Below are positions 54,349-64,000 of a DNA stretch of 64,000 nt, piece after piece. A model generated the notes under the pieces. It saw nothing but the letters and a program-made list of their open reading frames with translations, was not told where the DNA came from and did not search any database. Both the position numbers and the translations under genes were made by a program. Source of the stretch: Thecamonas trahens ATCC 50062 (taxonomy: Eukaryota > Protista > Apusomonadida); NCBI RefSeq assembly GCF_000142905.1, contig NW_013657655.1, positions 310,001 to 374,000 of the forward strand. Direction: 5' to 3'. The stretch's first letter is position 1; each line of letters begins with the position of its first letter.

Positions 54349-55242
54349 TCAGATGACATCGTCCAGCCAGTCCTCGAGGTCTTCGGTTGTTGCGTCAACA
54401 GCAGCAGCAACCGCATCAGCGGGTGCGGGTGTGGCGGTGGCGGTGGGTGCGAGCTGGACCTTGCCGCTGCCGGTAGTCGACGGTGCCGTGCGGGCTGCCG
54501 ACGACGCCAGGAGTGCGTCAACATCGCCGTCATCAGCGGCGGCGATGCCGGGCAAGGCGCCGTCGTCGAGCGAGATGGTGGCTGAGACAATGGGCGCGCG
54601 CCCGTCGAGCTGGGCCAGGCGATCGGCTTGCTTGCGGAGGCTTGTGCCCGCCGGCGCAGGGCGGTCCGGCTTGGACGGGCCCTCGAGGTCGCGGTTGTCG
54701 TCGGGCAAGGCCTCGACCGCCAGCGTCGCTGCATCCTTGTCCGTGTAGAGGCTCCAGTCGACGTCGTCGGCTGCCACGGCTTTGGTCAGCAGCTCGTCCG
54801 GCACGTCCAGCGCCTGGCCGACAGCCGACAGCCCGATGAGCTCAGCACGCTCCACAGCCTCCTCGCGGGTCTCCACCACCTCGAGCACATCCACCGACTC
54901 GACAGCTTCTCTCCGCAACGCCTCCTCCATGGCCTCGAACCGAAACGCGTTGCCATCGCCCTTGCCCCGCCGCCTGTACTTGTTCGCCTCATCACCTTCT
55001 TCATCGCCACTCTGGGCCAACTCAGGATGGAGCTCTGGACACTGCGAGACCTGATGCGCCGCCGATCCGCAGCGATAGCACGTCCGAGATCCCCCACCTC
55101 CACGACCTCGCCCACCTCCACGATGACGGCGCACCCCCATGACCTTTCCCCTCCTTCCACGACCTCCACCTCGGCCTCCGCCTCCGCCTCCGCCTCCCCG
55201 GCGCTTGCTCTTCTCCTTGCCCTTGCGGCGGACCTGAGTCAT
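54349..55242 (-). CDS. RGG + CCHC zinc knuckle protein with Aven-like motifs
   Basis: CYRCGSAAHQVSQC; YRRRGKGDGNAFRF; C-terminal TEDLEDWLDDVI. Confidence 0.7.
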   Translation of the reverse strand: MTQVRRKGKEKSKRRGGGGGGGGRGGGRGRRGKVMGVRRHRGGGRGRGGGGSRTCYRCGSAAHQVSQCPELHPELAQSGDEEGDEANKYRRRGKGDGNAFRFEAMEEALRREAVESVDVLEVVETREEAVERAELIGLSAVGQALDVPDELLTKAVAADDVDWSLYTDKDAATLAVEALPDDNRDLEGPSKPDRPAPAGTSLRKQADRLAQLDGRAPIVSATISLDDGALPGIAAADDGDVDALLASSAARTAPSTTGSGKVQLAPTATATPAPADAVAAAVDATTEDLEDWLDDVI

Positions 55243-55679
55243 GACCAGCCACCAGACACAGACACAGACAGTGTTGGAGTGAGTGAGTGAGGTGTTGGTG
55301 TTGGTGTTGGTGTTGGTGTTGGTGTTAGTGTGCGTGTGCGTGTGCGTCGGTCATACCCTGGTCCGCCACGCCCTGAGCAATGGAAGGCGACACAAGACGG
55401 ACACCGATGTGGGTGGTGGTGGTGGTGATGGGCCACCACATTGGTCTCTCTAAGCCCTCATCAGATGCACACACATCCACATCCATCCATCCATCCATCC
55501 ATCCATCCATCCATCCATCCATCCATCAATTCCCATATCCCTTCCCTCCCCTCCCCCCCCCTTCCCCCCCTTCCCCCCCCCTTCCCCCCGAAGAGGCCAT
55601 GACAGCCAGTGAATAGTCATTCAATTGGCTGACGAGTCACCAGACGCCCACCAGACGCCCACCAGCGCCAGCCAGCCAG

Positions 55680-55717
<38 letters not shown>

Positions 55718-55797
55718 CACACGGCAGGTAGACACCACTACCACCCGACTCCGACTCTGAAAAGAGAGACAAAGAGGAGAGAGGAGGAGGAGGAACG

Positions 55798-58700
55798 ATG
55801 TCTGAGAGTTCAGAGGGCGAGATGTTTGCCTGCCTGGAAGAGCTGTATGGCTCCCAAGTCGCCGTCCGTGCCGCCGCCTCGGACTCGCTGCTAGACATGC
55901 CTGCTCAAATTGGCGCACATGCTGCTGATGGTGATGCTGGGTGGGGTGATGATGATGGTGGTGGTCGTGGCATTGGTCGTGGTGGCGAGGCGGGAGAGGG
56001 CCAGAAGGTCGGGGGAAAGGGGGCGCCCGTCGGGGGCGCGCACTCTGCCGTGGCGGGGGCGGGCCGGTCGCGGGGAGCGACGGCGGTGGAGTCGCTCCTC
56101 ACCGAGCGCTCGCACTTTGTTCCTGATGGCGATGCCAACGATTGTATGGTCTGTGCCTTGTCGTTCTCGCTGACAACTCGGCGGCACCATTGCCGCGCCT
56201 GCGGACGGCTGACTTGCGCCTACTGCGCACCCAAGTCACTCCTACTCTCGCAGTTTCATCCGCAGCCGATGCGGCTGTGCTCGCTCTGCTCGCGCGAGCT
56301 GGCCGGTGCTCTGCTGGAGCCCGAAACGCGACTTGTGCCGCTGCTCCTCAAGCTTCGCTCGCGGGAACGCCGAATGGCGCTCGCCCGCAGCGAGGCTGAA
56401 GAGGTCCTGTCCTCCCGAAACGCGTCCTCCGCTGTGGACTCGCCCGGTCGTGCCGCCCTGCGCGCCCGCCTTTCAGTCTCGATGTCGGCCCGCCGCGGCG
56501 TGACTCTTTTGAATCCGATGAAGTGTGAGCTCGGGCTGGTCTCGGCGCCGCCCGAGTGGCTCGCGCCGCAAGAGGTGACGCTCACCACGCCGGTCGCCAT
56601 CGGCACCGTCATGCTCCCGCTGCCACCGGCGGAACGGGTCACCACCGGCGCGCTCTTTGGCTCGTACCTGGTGAGTATAGCCGGCCTCGCCGCCGCCGCT
56701 CCACGAGCCCTGCTCGGCAACCTCTGGCGGCCACTCTTTGACGCCACACGCGCTAGCGACGTGACCTTGCTCGCCGCCCTCCTCCGCGAGCTTGCGCCGG
56801 GCCTTGATCCGTCGGTCGTCAACGACGAGGGCCTCTCTCTCTTACACTACGCGGTCAGCGCAGCGTGCGCTCCGGCAATCGCTCTCCTCCTTGACGCTGG
56901 TGCCAATCCTAATGGAACAGATGCGCATGGCGAGACTCCGTTGCATTTGGCCACGACATTGGGCGAAGACGAAATTGTCGACATGCTCCTCCGCGCCGGT
57001 GCCAATCCACTGGCCGTTCCTTCGCCGGAACGGCCCGAGGCTACGCCACTCAAGTATGCCGCGCGCCAGCGGACCAAGCAAGTTCTGCTGCAATACATCA
57101 GCCCGGACGTGCTCCCGCGGGTTCGAGCACTCGGCCTCGCCGGCCTCGCCCTCATCCCGATCCTCCTCCCCAACGGTGAGGTCTTCCACCTTGGCCTCCC
57201 CTCGCACGACTGCACCGTCCGAGTTGCCCTCGCCGAGCTCCTGGTCCAGCTCGCCGCCCGCGCCGTCCTTCCGCAATCTGCGCTCGAGACGCCGTCGTAC
57301 GCGTTGTACGCGCACGGCGAACTCGGCGTGGTCCTCGGCCGTGAGCTCATGCTCTTCACCATCGACGTTGTCGTCAAGTACTGGCACGGCCAGTTCCTCG
57401 GCCCTCCGTTGCAGCTTATCGAGCTCATGGCCATCCCACCTGGCGCCGCTGCCTCGTGCCATGCCTATGCCGCTGACTCGGTCGTCCGCGCCGAGCTAGC
57501 CTCACTTCCGCCGTCGGCGCTTGCTTTCTCGCGTGCGCCCGAGACCCAGGCCTTCCTCTCCCGCTTTGTCCCGCGACTCGCCTCGCTCGCCGCCCGTCAT
57601 CACCAGGCCTCGCCGCAGTATGCGCTCTCGGTGGTGTGCGGAACGCCGGCGCCAGCCGCACCTGACGCCATGCTCACCGTCAAGTTCCACCCGGACCCGG
57701 AAGGCAGCGCCTTCACCACCCTCCGTTGGCCTCTGCATGCCAAGACAAGCGACCTCATCGCCGACGTCCTTGCCAACTCCCGCGTCTTTGCCAAGTTTGG
57801 CCTCGACGTGCCGGGCCCCCGCGAGGCGCTCGTTCTCGCCGAGTGGGGCGCCGCCCCGCACTACATCCACTCGCACGACCTCCCGCTCTCGGCCTTTTCG
57901 GTCGTTCGTCGCGCACTCTCGTCCAAGCGCCACCGCGCCGTCCATCTCACCATCGTCGCCCGGCCGAGCCCAGCAAGCTCGGACGACGTCCTTATCGTCG
58001 AGCTCGGCGCAGGCGTGGCTGGTTGCCTCCCACCGCCCGACACCCACGCCCATCAGGCACTGGCGCTCACCCGATTGGGAAAGCTCCCGCGGCTCGACGG
58101 CGTGGCCGTGCCTGAATCAGTGCCCGAGACGCCGCAAGCTGTTGCCGATGACCTCGCCCGGGTCGTCGGCAGTCGGTGTGGACCTGAGCCGGTCGCACCG
58201 CTCACCGCATGGGACATTGACGTCCCATTTGGCATCCAGGTCGTCGGCGCCGACTTTGTGCCGCCGCTCGCGTACCAGCTCTGTGCGCCCGCAAGCAAAA
58301 AGCGGCCGGCGCTGGGCCTCGCTATGGTTGTTGAGCTTGTCCACGCCACCCACGCGCTCGCAGCACCGCACGTCACTCACCTGTTGCCGTTCTCGGAAGC
58401 GCCGCGCTGGCAAGCGCGGGTCAACTTTGTACGCGCCACACGCCCACAGCCGATCCCGGTCTCGGACCTCCCGCTCGAGGCCAAGGTCATCGTCACCATG
58501 TTCCTCGTCCACTCGACGAGAGCGGCCTCGTTTGACGAGCTTGCCGAGAGCTATGCATCTTGGGCGGCCGGCGCTGTCGGGCCAGCCCGTGGCCGGGCCG
58601 GCTCAAGTGGGCCTGGCGCAGCCGAGGCGGCAGTAGAGTCCGGCGCAGCGCCCGAGGCCGGCTTTGCCGCCGACCTTGCTGCCGCGCATCCGTCGGCATG

Positions 58701-60714
58701 CCTGCCCGAGACGCTCGCCGGCGCGTTCTTCCCGCTTGGCTGGGTCGCTGTTCCGGTCTTCGACTCGCGCCGCGGCATGGCCCAGGGTGAGGTCACTGCG
58801 CGGCTGTGGCGTGATGCGCCGGGCAACCCGCTCGGGCCGCTCGGCTCGAACCCGCGGCTAGCCGGTGCTCTCCCGGTGGTGCTCTCGTTCCCGTCGTTTG
58901 CCCGACAGGTCATCCTCCCACATCCGCTTGCTCTCGACAATCCTGACGATGCCATGGCAGAGCTGTACGCTTCCGGACCGCTCTGCGAGCCAGACTCGCT
59001 CCTCGATGAGCTGTTTGGCCAGGGCCAGCCGCTGGCCACCGCCGCGACGCTTCCGGTCGACGCTTGCACGCTCTCGGCCGTTCTTGACGCCAACGACGCC
59101 GCCGAGCTTGATGCAATCCTCGGTCTCGACCCGCTCACGCAGCTGAGTCGGGCACAATGCGAGCTGCTCCGGCTCTACCGCGGATATCTCTCGGTAGCCG
59201 GCGTCTCGCCGGTCCGCTACCTCTCGTCGGTCGACTTTGCGTGCCGGGCCCAGGTCGCCGAAGCGCATGCGCTGCTCGTCCGCTGGCGGCGGCCGCAGGT
59301 CGACGGCGTGGACTTGTCTGTACTCGAGCTTCTCGGCCCGCACTTTGCTGACGAGATGGTGCGGATGTATGCGGTGAACGAGCTTGCACGGCTCGACGAC
59401 GAGTTGTTGCTGCTGTTCATGATGCAGCTGGTCCAGGGCCTCAAGTACGAGCGGTGCCACGACTCGGCACTGGCGCGGTTCCTTCTCGGGCGGGCGCTGT
59501 GCAACCGGCACGTTGGCCACGCGCTGTTCTGGCACTTGCGATCAGACGTCCACGAGTCGGAGAACGAGGCCCGGTTTGCGCTGCTTCTCCACGCCTATTC
59601 TGCGGCGGCAGGGCGGGTGCAGGCTAGCGAGCTCGTGGCCCAACTGCGGTTGGTGGAAGGCCTCACTGACGGGGCCGAGTGGATCAAGGCCACCAAGTCG
59701 CAGCTCAACGTGGGCTCGCTGCGCAAGCGGCTGAGAGAGGTGTTCGGCCCGGACGCTCCGGTCTCCTCGGGCCTCCCGTACAACATGACGACCAAGGTCG
59801 GAGCGCTTGTGGTGGACAAGTGCAAGTTCATGGACTCGAAGAAGCGGCCGCTGTGGGTAGTGTGCACGGAGGCGTCGCCGCGGGCCGACTCGCGGCTGCC
59901 GATCATTTTCAAGACCGGCGACGATCTGCGGCAGGACGTGCTGACGCTGCAGCTGATGCGGGTGATGGATACCGAGTGGCGCAACGCCGGTATGGACCTC
60001 TGCATGTCGCTGTACTCGGTGGTGGCAACCGGAAAGGAGGCTGGCATGATCGAGGTCGTGGCCAACTCGGCAACGCTTGCCGACATCCAGATGGCGGCCA
60101 AGGGCGCGCGGTCGGCGTTCTCAGACAGAGTACTTGCCGACTGGCTACTCGAGGCCAACGTCGACTCGCGGGCGCACGCGAACGCTGTTGAAACGTTTGT
60201 GGCGTCGTGCGCAGGCTACTGTGTCGCCACCTACGTGCTCGGCATCGGCGACCGGCACAACGACAACATCATGCTCGCCCGCGACGGCTCGCTCTTTCAC
60301 ATTGACTTTGGCCACTTTCTTGGCAACATCAAGCGCAAGTTTGGCATCTCGCGCGAGCGCACGCCGTTTGTCTTTACGCCCGACATGGTGTACGTCATGG
60401 GCGGACGCGACTCGCCGCAGTACGCCCACTTTTTGGAGCTTGCCTGCGCCGCTTACAATGTGCTCCGCGCGTCGGCCACCAAGCTCATCAACCTCTTTGC
60501 CATGATGCTCAATGCTGGCATTCCCGAGCTCTCCTCGGTTCGCGACCTCGAGTATCTTCGTCGCGTCCTCCGCCTCCAAGACACCGACGAGGAGGCTGCG
60601 ACGTACTTTCGCGATCTGGTCGACGAGTGTCTCCGTGGCGGGTGGAAGCACATGCTCAACTGGTACGTCCACAACAAGGTCCATGCATCGGCACTGCTCT
60701 CGGCCCACATCTGA
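55798..60714 (+). CDS. Class I-type phosphoinositide 3-kinase with N-terminal FYVE and ankyrin repeats, RBD-like, C2, helical and kinase domains
   Basis: FYVE CMVC...RRHHCRACGRLTC; ANK GETPLHLA; KCKFMDSKKRPLW, IIFKTGDDLRQDVLTLQ, SCAGYCVATYVLGIGDRHNDNIM, HIDFGHFLGN, RERTPF. Confidence 0.93.
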   Translation: MSESSEGEMFACLEELYGSQVAVRAAASDSLLDMPAQIGAHAADGDAGWGDDDGGGRGIGRGGEAGEGQKVGGKGAPVGGAHSAVAGAGRSRGATAVESLLTERSHFVPDGDANDCMVCALSFSLTTRRHHCRACGRLTCAYCAPKSLLLSQFHPQPMRLCSLCSRELAGALLEPETRLVPLLLKLRSRERRMALARSEAEEVLSSRNASSAVDSPGRAALRARLSVSMSARRGVTLLNPMKCELGLVSAPPEWLAPQEVTLTTPVAIGTVMLPLPPAERVTTGALFGSYLVSIAGLAAAAPRALLGNLWRPLFDATRASDVTLLAALLRELAPGLDPSVVNDEGLSLLHYAVSAACAPAIALLLDAGANPNGTDAHGETPLHLATTLGEDEIVDMLLRAGANPLAVPSPERPEATPLKYAARQRTKQVLLQYISPDVLPRVRALGLAGLALIPILLPNGEVFHLGLPSHDCTVRVALAELLVQLAARAVLPQSALETPSYALYAHGELGVVLGRELMLFTIDVVVKYWHGQFLGPPLQLIELMAIPPGAAASCHAYAADSVVRAELASLPPSALAFSRAPETQAFLSRFVPRLASLAARHHQASPQYALSVVCGTPAPAAPDAMLTVKFHPDPEGSAFTTLRWPLHAKTSDLIADVLANSRVFAKFGLDVPGPREALVLAEWGAAPHYIHSHDLPLSAFSVVRRALSSKRHRAVHLTIVARPSPASSDDVLIVELGAGVAGCLPPPDTHAHQALALTRLGKLPRLDGVAVPESVPETPQAVADDLARVVGSRCGPEPVAPLTAWDIDVPFGIQVVGADFVPPLAYQLCAPASKKRPALGLAMVVELVHATHALAAPHVTHLLPFSEAPRWQARVNFVRATRPQPIPVSDLPLEAKVIVTMFLVHSTRAASFDELAESYASWAAGAVGPARGRAGSSGPGAAEAAVESGAAPEAGFAADLAAAHPSACLPETLAGAFFPLGWVAVPVFDSRRGMAQGEVTARLWRDAPGNPLGPLGSNPRLAGALPVVLSFPSFARQVILPHPLALDNPDDAMAELYASGPLCEPDSLLDELFGQGQPLATAATLPVDACTLSAVLDANDAAELDAILGLDPLTQLSRAQCELLRLYRGYLSVAGVSPVRYLSSVDFACRAQVAEAHALLVRWRRPQVDGVDLSVLELLGPHFADEMVRMYAVNELARLDDELLLLFMMQLVQGLKYERCHDSALARFLLGRALCNRHVGHALFWHLRSDVHESENEARFALLLHAYSAAAGRVQASELVAQLRLVEGLTDGAEWIKATKSQLNVGSLRKRLREVFGPDAPVSSGLPYNMTTKVGALVVDKCKFMDSKKRPLWVVCTEASPRADSRLPIIFKTGDDLRQDVLTLQLMRVMDTEWRNAGMDLCMSLYSVVATGKEAGMIEVVANSATLADIQMAAKGARSAFSDRVLADWLLEANVDSRAHANAVETFVASCAGYCVATYVLGIGDRHNDNIMLARDGSLFHIDFGHFLGNIKRKFGISRERTPFVFTPDMVYVMGGRDSPQYAHFLELACAAYNVLRASATKLINLFAMMLNAGIPELSSVRDLEYLRRVLRLQDTDEEAATYFRDLVDECLRGGWKHMLNWYVHNKVHASALLSAHI

Positions 60715-60754
60715 AAATGTACGGCAGGCAGCACTAGAGACTTTTTACGCTCCC

Positions 60755-63653
60755 TCACTTGCGCTTCTGGCGCTTGCTTGCGCTTCCGCTGGCGGACTGT
60801 GCCCCCGCATCGCGCTTGCGCTTGGCGCGGACAGCGTTAAAGACAGTGCGGAGGTGAGCGATTTCCTCGCGCTGGGCAGCAAGCGAAGCAGCGGTGAGCT
60901 GTGCGTCGACGACAGCGGCGGCGGCCCGGCGGGAAGCAAGCCACGAGCCAAAGATGCGGGTCGACTTGGGCGGCAGGACGCGGGCGTCAGCGATAGGCGC
61001 AGCGACGGCCGAGACCGGGCCGACGTCGTGCTCGCCGTCTGTGGGGAGGAAGAAGAACCTGTGGGCACCCTTCGACTTCTTGGCCCAGCGGCGCATGATG
61101 CGCGAGAGCGAGTGGGCGCCGGGCTTGGGGATGGCAGGGTTGAACGTGCCCTTGGAGACGTCGTAGACGTTGACAAACTTGGTGGCCTTGATGGAAGACT
61201 GGCGGACCGGGATGGGCTCAAGGGCGACGGCAGCAGCGGCCATGGAGCGGACCTTGGGGTGCCAGTGCGAGTTGGCAAGAGCCATGAGCTCGAAGAGGGT
61301 GGCGGCAAGGCCGTTGGCGTGGTGCGGATCGTCGACCTCGTCGTCAAAGGCGCCCATCGAGGTCTTCTCCGACTCGAGCAGCTGGTGGAGGAGCGGGGCC
61401 TTGAGCATGACCTTGCGGATCATCCAGATGATGGAGATGGTAAATCCAACAGGGGTCACCGTCGCTAGCGAGGCCATGCGCTTGAGGATGGCAGCAACGC
61501 GGGGAGCGGCAAGCTCGCGGCCGAGGTGGGCAAAGGCGCGCTCGAGGTTGGTGAGGATCGAGGTGAGTGTCGGCTGGAGCGCAGCACGCTGGGCAGTGGT
61601 GGCGGCCGCAACGACCTCGCCGCGGACCTCGGCGAGGGTGGTGTAGAGGCCGATGTAAAAGTCCTTGAGGTCGACCTGGAAGGCCGAGCCAAGGCCGTCG
61701 ACAAGGCCGAGGGCGGTATGGATGGCATAACAGCGGGCAACGAGGCGGATCGAGGTGTCGGCGACGATGGCGGCCAGAGCGGCAAAGAGGTCGCCGGTAA
61801 ACTCGACGTTGACCAGATGGGCATGCTTCTCGAGGCCGGCCAGGACAGCCGGAAGGAGGCGCGAGTGCGGCGCCTTCTTGAGGACGCGGAAGTAGGCGAG
61901 CATGATGCGCGAGAGGATGTCGGTCTGCAGCAGCTGGCGCTCGTACTTGCTGACCTCGGCTGACTCCTTGGCGAGTGCCATCTCGCGCTTGCGGCGGGCC
62001 TTCAGCTCCTTGCGCTGCTTGCCGGAGAGATGCGGCTGGAGGACCTCGTCGATGGAGCGGCGCTGGCCGTCGAGGGTGACGGCCTGCGGAACAGCGTCGA
62101 GCAGGCGGAGCTCGCCAAACAGCTGGACGAGCTTGGGCGACGCCGAAAACTTCTTGGCCTGCATCAGCGAGGCAATAAGGCCGATGGCGGCGAGTGTGAT
62201 CTCCTTCTCGCCGTCGACGTCAAAGACCTCGACCATGGCGTCGTAGCACTGGCTCGAGATGCGCTCGTTCTTCGAGTTGACGCCGCGGAGGATCCACTTG
62301 ATGAGGTCGGTGGAAAAGTTAAAGTGCGGCTTGTGGATGACCAGGGTGCAGACCGAGGTGACGTAGAGCTTTGCATCGACGCGGGCGGCGGGGGAGATGG
62401 CAGCCTCGTCAGCGTAGTTGACGGCACGGAACACGTCGTCCATCCGCTTGTCGAGGAGCTGCACAAAGGCCTGGTACGAGTGGACGAGGCCCTGCTCCGA
62501 AGCGCGCTGTGCGGAGACAGCCTTGGACACCTTGACCGACGTCTCATGGTCCGTCAGCGTCCGAATACGATAGCCCGGCAGGATGTCCTTGTACACGGTG
62601 GTGAGGCCGGCAACGGCATACCGCTGGACAACCGGATCACGGTCGCTCTGCGCGAGCTGCAGCATCTCGTCAAGTCCGTGAATGTGGCTCTCTGGCGCCT
62701 CGAGCAGAAGCTGCACGCCCTCGGCAATGTCGCGCTTGCGCTTGGCAAGAAGCCGGTTGCGCTTGTGGCGAGCGGCAGCCTCCGAGAGAACCTTGGTCTT
62801 CTCGCCGGCCTGGTCGTCGTTGTCGCCTTGGAGCGAGCCATCACCGCTCTCGCTCTCGGACGCCTCCTCCATGGCCTCGGGCTCCAGCGCGTACATCGAC
62901 GGCTGGGCCTCGACGTCAACCAGCTTCCCTGATCGGGTCACGGTCGGCAGTTTGCCCTTCTCGGACGGCTGGGCCCACGAGGTGGCGCGGCGGATGCCGA
63001 TGTCGCCAAGATCGTCGTCGTCGGCGGTGGCGGCTGTGCCCACAGCGGCAGCATGATTCGACACAGCATCGGCCGAGTCCGACTCGGACTCGCCGTCATC
63101 AAACACCTCGCCGGTGGCGCGGAGGAGCGAGCGCATGGCGCTGACGTTGACGTCGGTGAGCATGTCGTCGTCGCTCGAGTCGTCGTCGCTCTGTGCGCCT
63201 GTAGCTCCACGTTCGAAATCGGTGTCGTCCAGCACCATCATCTTGTTCTTCTTACGCTTCTTGAGCTTGAGATCCATCTTCCGAGCTTGCTTCTCCTTGC
63301 GCTTCTTCTGCGCTGCCGTCATGTCTTTGCGCACCATTCTCCGGATCTTCATGCTCGGCTTGGCTCCACCGAGCGAGCGGAGGAGCGGATGCTGATCGGG
63401 AGCAAGCTCCTTGTTCCGAATCATCCTCTGCTTCTTTTCCTGCTGCACCTTTCGTGCCGGACGAGGCAGAGCATGCGTTCTTGCCGCCTTGGTCGCCTTC
63501 TTATTCCTCACCTTGAGCGAGGCCTGCCGCTTCTTGGCCGCCACACGACCCTTGGAGCCGCCCTGTGTGGAACGTTGGAGGTGAGTGTGAACATGGCAGG
63601 GGAAACGGGATAAGGAGGGGAGGGGAGGGGGGAGCGAGGAGGAGGCGTACCAT
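60755..63653 (-). CDS. NOC3: Nucleolar complex protein 3 (NOC3/CBF domain); exons 63651-63653 and 60755-63562
   Basis: VYKDILPGYRIR, PHFNF, YFRVLK...LLPAVLAGLEKHAHLVNVEF, SHWHP. An ATG-only first exon is followed by an 88-nt GTACGC...CACAG intron. Confidence 0.92.
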
Positions 63654-64000
63654 GTGATCAGTGGATGGGTGGAAGAGAGTGGGGTGGAGGTGGAGGAGGC
63701 CGGCAGGGGGGAGGGAGTGGGAGCGAGGATGAGGGAGGATGAGTGGATGGATGGGTGGGAGTTTCAGGGGAGGGGGGGGGGGGGGGGTTGATGGTGGGGA
63801 TGAAGGCATGCGATAAAAGCGTGCGATGGGCGCGGGATGGGGATGGGTTTGGCGTTGGTGAGGAGAAGGAGGGGGAAAGAGTGGGGGGAGGAGGAGGGGA
63901 GGGGGAGGGGGGGGGAGGGGAACTTCGATCATCGTCTACATGGATGGGGGGAGGGAGGTAGGAGAGGGAGATCGGATCGGGAGATCACGACAAGATGGTC

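Noticed and set aside
55475-55720. (CATC)n, (CA)n and poly-G/C tracts here and elsewhere as telomeric or mobile elements
   Set aside because: Ordinary microsatellites in introns and intergenic DNA; no TIRs, LTRs, transposase or TTAGGG arrays.
12447-60714. Functional signalling cluster (two RasGEFs, PI3K, Tubby)
   Set aside because: The genes are interspersed with unrelated housekeeping genes and belong to large families, so co-location is plausible by chance.

Overview
GC-rich, gene-dense, intron-poor eukaryotic nuclear DNA from a draft assembly with five N-gaps. There are no prokaryotic operons, rRNA, tRNA, CRISPR arrays or transposases. The overall style suggests a unicellular protist such as the apusomonad Thecamonas trahens, but that is an impression and not verified. 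About 28 protein-coding loci can be read: EST1/SMG5-7-like (partial, missed by the ORF track), Tim44, a PHB-depolymerase-like relic, a Tyr-motif low-complexity protein, RING+UBR-box E3, Rpn13, Med18, a myristoylated EF-hand protein, two RasGEFs, a claudin/PMP22-like tetraspan protein, LMBRD2, DNA polymerase lambda, a secreted crystallin/EGF/TPR/DnaJ protein, a double CAP-Gly protein, Rrp46, a mitochondrial carrier, a PPxY-tail membrane protein, Tubby, PLAC8, a large type I surface protein, a nucleolin/Nsr1-like protein, an Aven-like protein, a FYVE-ankyrin class I PI3K and NOC3. I reconstructed introns by hand; they are mostly GTACG...YAG and lie close to the start codon. The most interesting signals are unusual signalling-protein architectures (calpain-III/ubiquitin-like RasGEF, FYVE-ANK-PI3K, crystallin-EGF-TPR-J), a disordered protein with repeated TxYxxV motifs, and an Aven-like gene. 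All family assignments come from motif recognition by eye, with no database search.
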